A DNA stretch of 64,000 bases from Mobula hypostoma (taxonomy: Eukaryota). Each line of letters begins with the position of its first letter. The stretch's first letter is position 1. Under the pieces are notes generated by a model. It did no database searches. It was not told the origin of the DNA and saw nothing but the letters and a program-made list of their open reading frames with translations. Shown piece by piece: positions 61,712 to 64,000 of the stretch. The DNA lies in contig NC_086097.1 of NCBI RefSeq assembly GCF_963921235.1, positions 43,092,001-43,156,000 of the forward strand. The letters run 5' to 3'. Both the position numbers and the translations under genes were made by a program.

Positions 61712-64000
61712 AGTGCACACCAAGGAACTTTGTGCTCCTCTCTCTCTCCACAAAAGAGCCATTGATGTGCAATGGAGAGCGGTTGACCTGTGTCTTCCTG
61801 AAGTCCACAATCATCTCTTTTGTCTTGTCCATGTTGAGACGCATTTGACAAGCCCCTCAATCTCATCTCTGTATGCCGACTCAACATTGTTGCTGATGAG
61901 GCCAACCACTGTGGTATCGTAAGTGAACTTCCTCCGATTTGAGCTGAATTGGGCAGTGCAGTGGGATGAGCACAAAGGACTGGGGGCACCAGTGCTTAGT
62001 ATGATGGAGCTAGAGATGTAGCTGCCAACTTGGACTGACTCAGGTTGTTCCATTAAGAAGTCCAAGATCCAGTTACAAGAGGGGCATTGAGTCCCAACAA
62101 GGACATTTACCTACTAACCTCTGAGGGATGATTGTGTTAAAGCCAAGCTGAAGTTGAAAGTTGGTGGGACAGGATAGAGTGGAGAGCCAAGGCTGTGGTA
62201 TCATTAGAGCAGTGGTTTGAATGGAAGGCAAACTGGAAAGGGTCCAATGTAGCTGGAAGGTGGCATTTCTACGATCCATTAGCAGCTGTTGAAAGCACTT
62301 CATGATCATTGAAGTCAGTGCCATTGGATGGTAATTGATTAGGCCATTTACCATTGGTCTCTTGGGCATCAGAAAGATGGTGGCTGCCTTGAAGCCTGCA
62401 GGATCAATGGACTGTTTCAGAGGTGTTAAAGATGTCTGTCAAGACCTTTCTTAGCTGTAGCTCTGTCAGCATCCAACCAGGTATGTTGTCTGGCCCCGCA
62501 ATTTTGCTTGGGTACACCCTGGCTAGGATCCTCCTCCTCTTGGCTGCAGCCAGAGAGGGTGCCTGAGGGAGAGGGAGAGGACGCTTTCCTCAATGTCACA
62601 TCATTCAATGCATCAATCAAATCGTGCATAGAAGACATTCAATCTATCAGAAAGGGAGGTGTTGCTGTCAATACATAGGGTGGCCACAAACACGAGGAAA
62701 TCTGTAGCTGCTGGAATTTCAAGCAACACACATAAAAATTGCTGGTGAACACAGCAGGCCAGGCAGCATCTCTAGGAAGAGGTACAGTCGACATTTCGGG
62801 CCAAGACCCTTCGTCAGGACTAACTGAAAGAAGAGCTAGTAAGAGATCTGAAAGTGGGAGGGGGAGGGGGAGATCCGAAATGATAGGAGAAGACAGGAGG
62901 GGGAGGGATGGAGCCAAGAGCTGGACAGTTGATTGGCAAAAGGGATCTGAGAGGATCATGGGACAGGAGAATGGACTTGTCATCTGTTAAGGTTTGAATA
63001 CCCTGCCACATGTGCTACATGTCCCTCTGTCACAAAAGTGTTTGTGAATTTTCTGTGCATAGTCATACTTTGCCTTCCTGTTGGCATGGGAGAGCACGGC
63101 TCTTGCTGACTTTGGAGATGTCCAGTCCCCCAGTCTGAAGTCAGTGTCCCTAACCGTAAGCAGGGCACTCTGCAGTCATCCACGGTTTCTGGTTTGCCCT
63201 GGCAGTGCAGTGTTTAACCACGGTAAAATCCTCAATACATTTTCCTATGTAGCCAGTCACTGATCCCACATATTCATTGTTGATGTGATGATCATAAATA
63301 GCTACCTCCTTGAATATGATCCAGTCTGAGCTTTCAAAGCACTCCTGCAATGCTGAGGTGGCACCTTCTGGCCAGGTCCTGATCCCCCTCTAAACTGGTC
63401 CTACTTATTTAACCAAGGATTAGCAATATGGATATGTGATCTGAGTATCTGACAGCCTTTTAGGCTCCATTAACACTGATTTAAACCAGGTTTAATATAT
63501 TGCCATCTCTGGTCACAAAGTTGACATGTTGGTAGAACTTTGGCAGGACTGTTTTCAAGTTAGCATGATTGAAGTCACCAGCAACAACGAAGACACCATC
63601 TGGGTGAGTGGCTTCGATGTTGCAGATGGCACTGTAGAACTCCTGCAATGCTCCCCCAGCACTAGCACAGGGAGGGACGTAGACAGCAATAATCACAATT
63701 TCAGTGAACTCCCTTGGTAAATAGAAGGGTATGCACTTCACTATGAAAAAAACTCTATCTGGAGTGAGCAGTGGGCTGTTACTACTGATGTATTCATACT
63801 CCAGTTCTTACTGATGTGGGCACAAAAGCTGTGACCTTCTCCAGCAGTCTTGCCAGAGGTTGCAAAACTTCTGTTCACCCAAAAGGAGATTAGGCCTTCT
63901 AGGTGGATGGCCAAGTCCAGAGTGGTGCCCTGAAATCACATTTCTGTCAGGACAAGTGTACAACAATTTTAATTCCCATTGGCTCGGACAGAGATGAATG
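61712..64000 (-). mobile_element. Rex1/Babar LINE (APE + RT), degraded, with a Penelope repeat inserted at ~62687-62970
   Basis: PFYLPREFT..IAVYVPP..AGDFNHANL, CFESSDW, NQKPWMT, YHPMALTSMIMKCF, KFTYDTTVVGLIS. Confidence 0.87.
62687..62970 (-). mobile_element. Penelope-like terminal repeat with hammerhead motif (62786-62821)
   Basis: Near-identical to 52213-52490. Minus strand AGUC-CUGACGA-A-GGGUCUUGGCCC-GAAA-UGUC-GACU. Confidence 0.85.

Overview
Eukaryotic (vertebrate) genomic DNA. The repeat content (HE1-like V-SINEs, a Deu-domain SINE, many CR1, Rex1/Babar and Penelope copies) points to a cartilaginous fish, probably a ray; this is inference. The window holds the last 11 coding exons of KLHDC1 (+ strand, 1256-57495). 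All have GT-AG junctions and join into one open frame; exons 1-2 lie upstream of the window. The introns and 3' flank are mostly transposable elements: a near full-length CR1 LINE with an intact esterase ORF1 (~23310-27530); a full-length but defective Gypsy LTR retrotransposon with a PNMA-type Gag (28650-36011); a related solo LTR; an internally deleted Tigger carrying a Penelope GIY-YIG insertion; a Chapaev-like transposon nested in Rex1 and itself split by a Penelope hairpin; several SINEs; and a hAT MITE. The best sequence-level observations are: (1) an intact -1 frameshift signal (G GGA AAC plus an H-type pseudoknot) in the Gypsy element; (2) minimal hammerhead ribozymes in Penelope repeats, with cores broken on the pre-mRNA strand and intact on the antisense strand; (3) two candidate internal starts that would splice in frame to give truncated KLHDC1 isoforms. 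There is no bacterial-type system and no CRISPR array. Family names come from recalled motifs, not database searches. Boundaries of old repeats are approximate.
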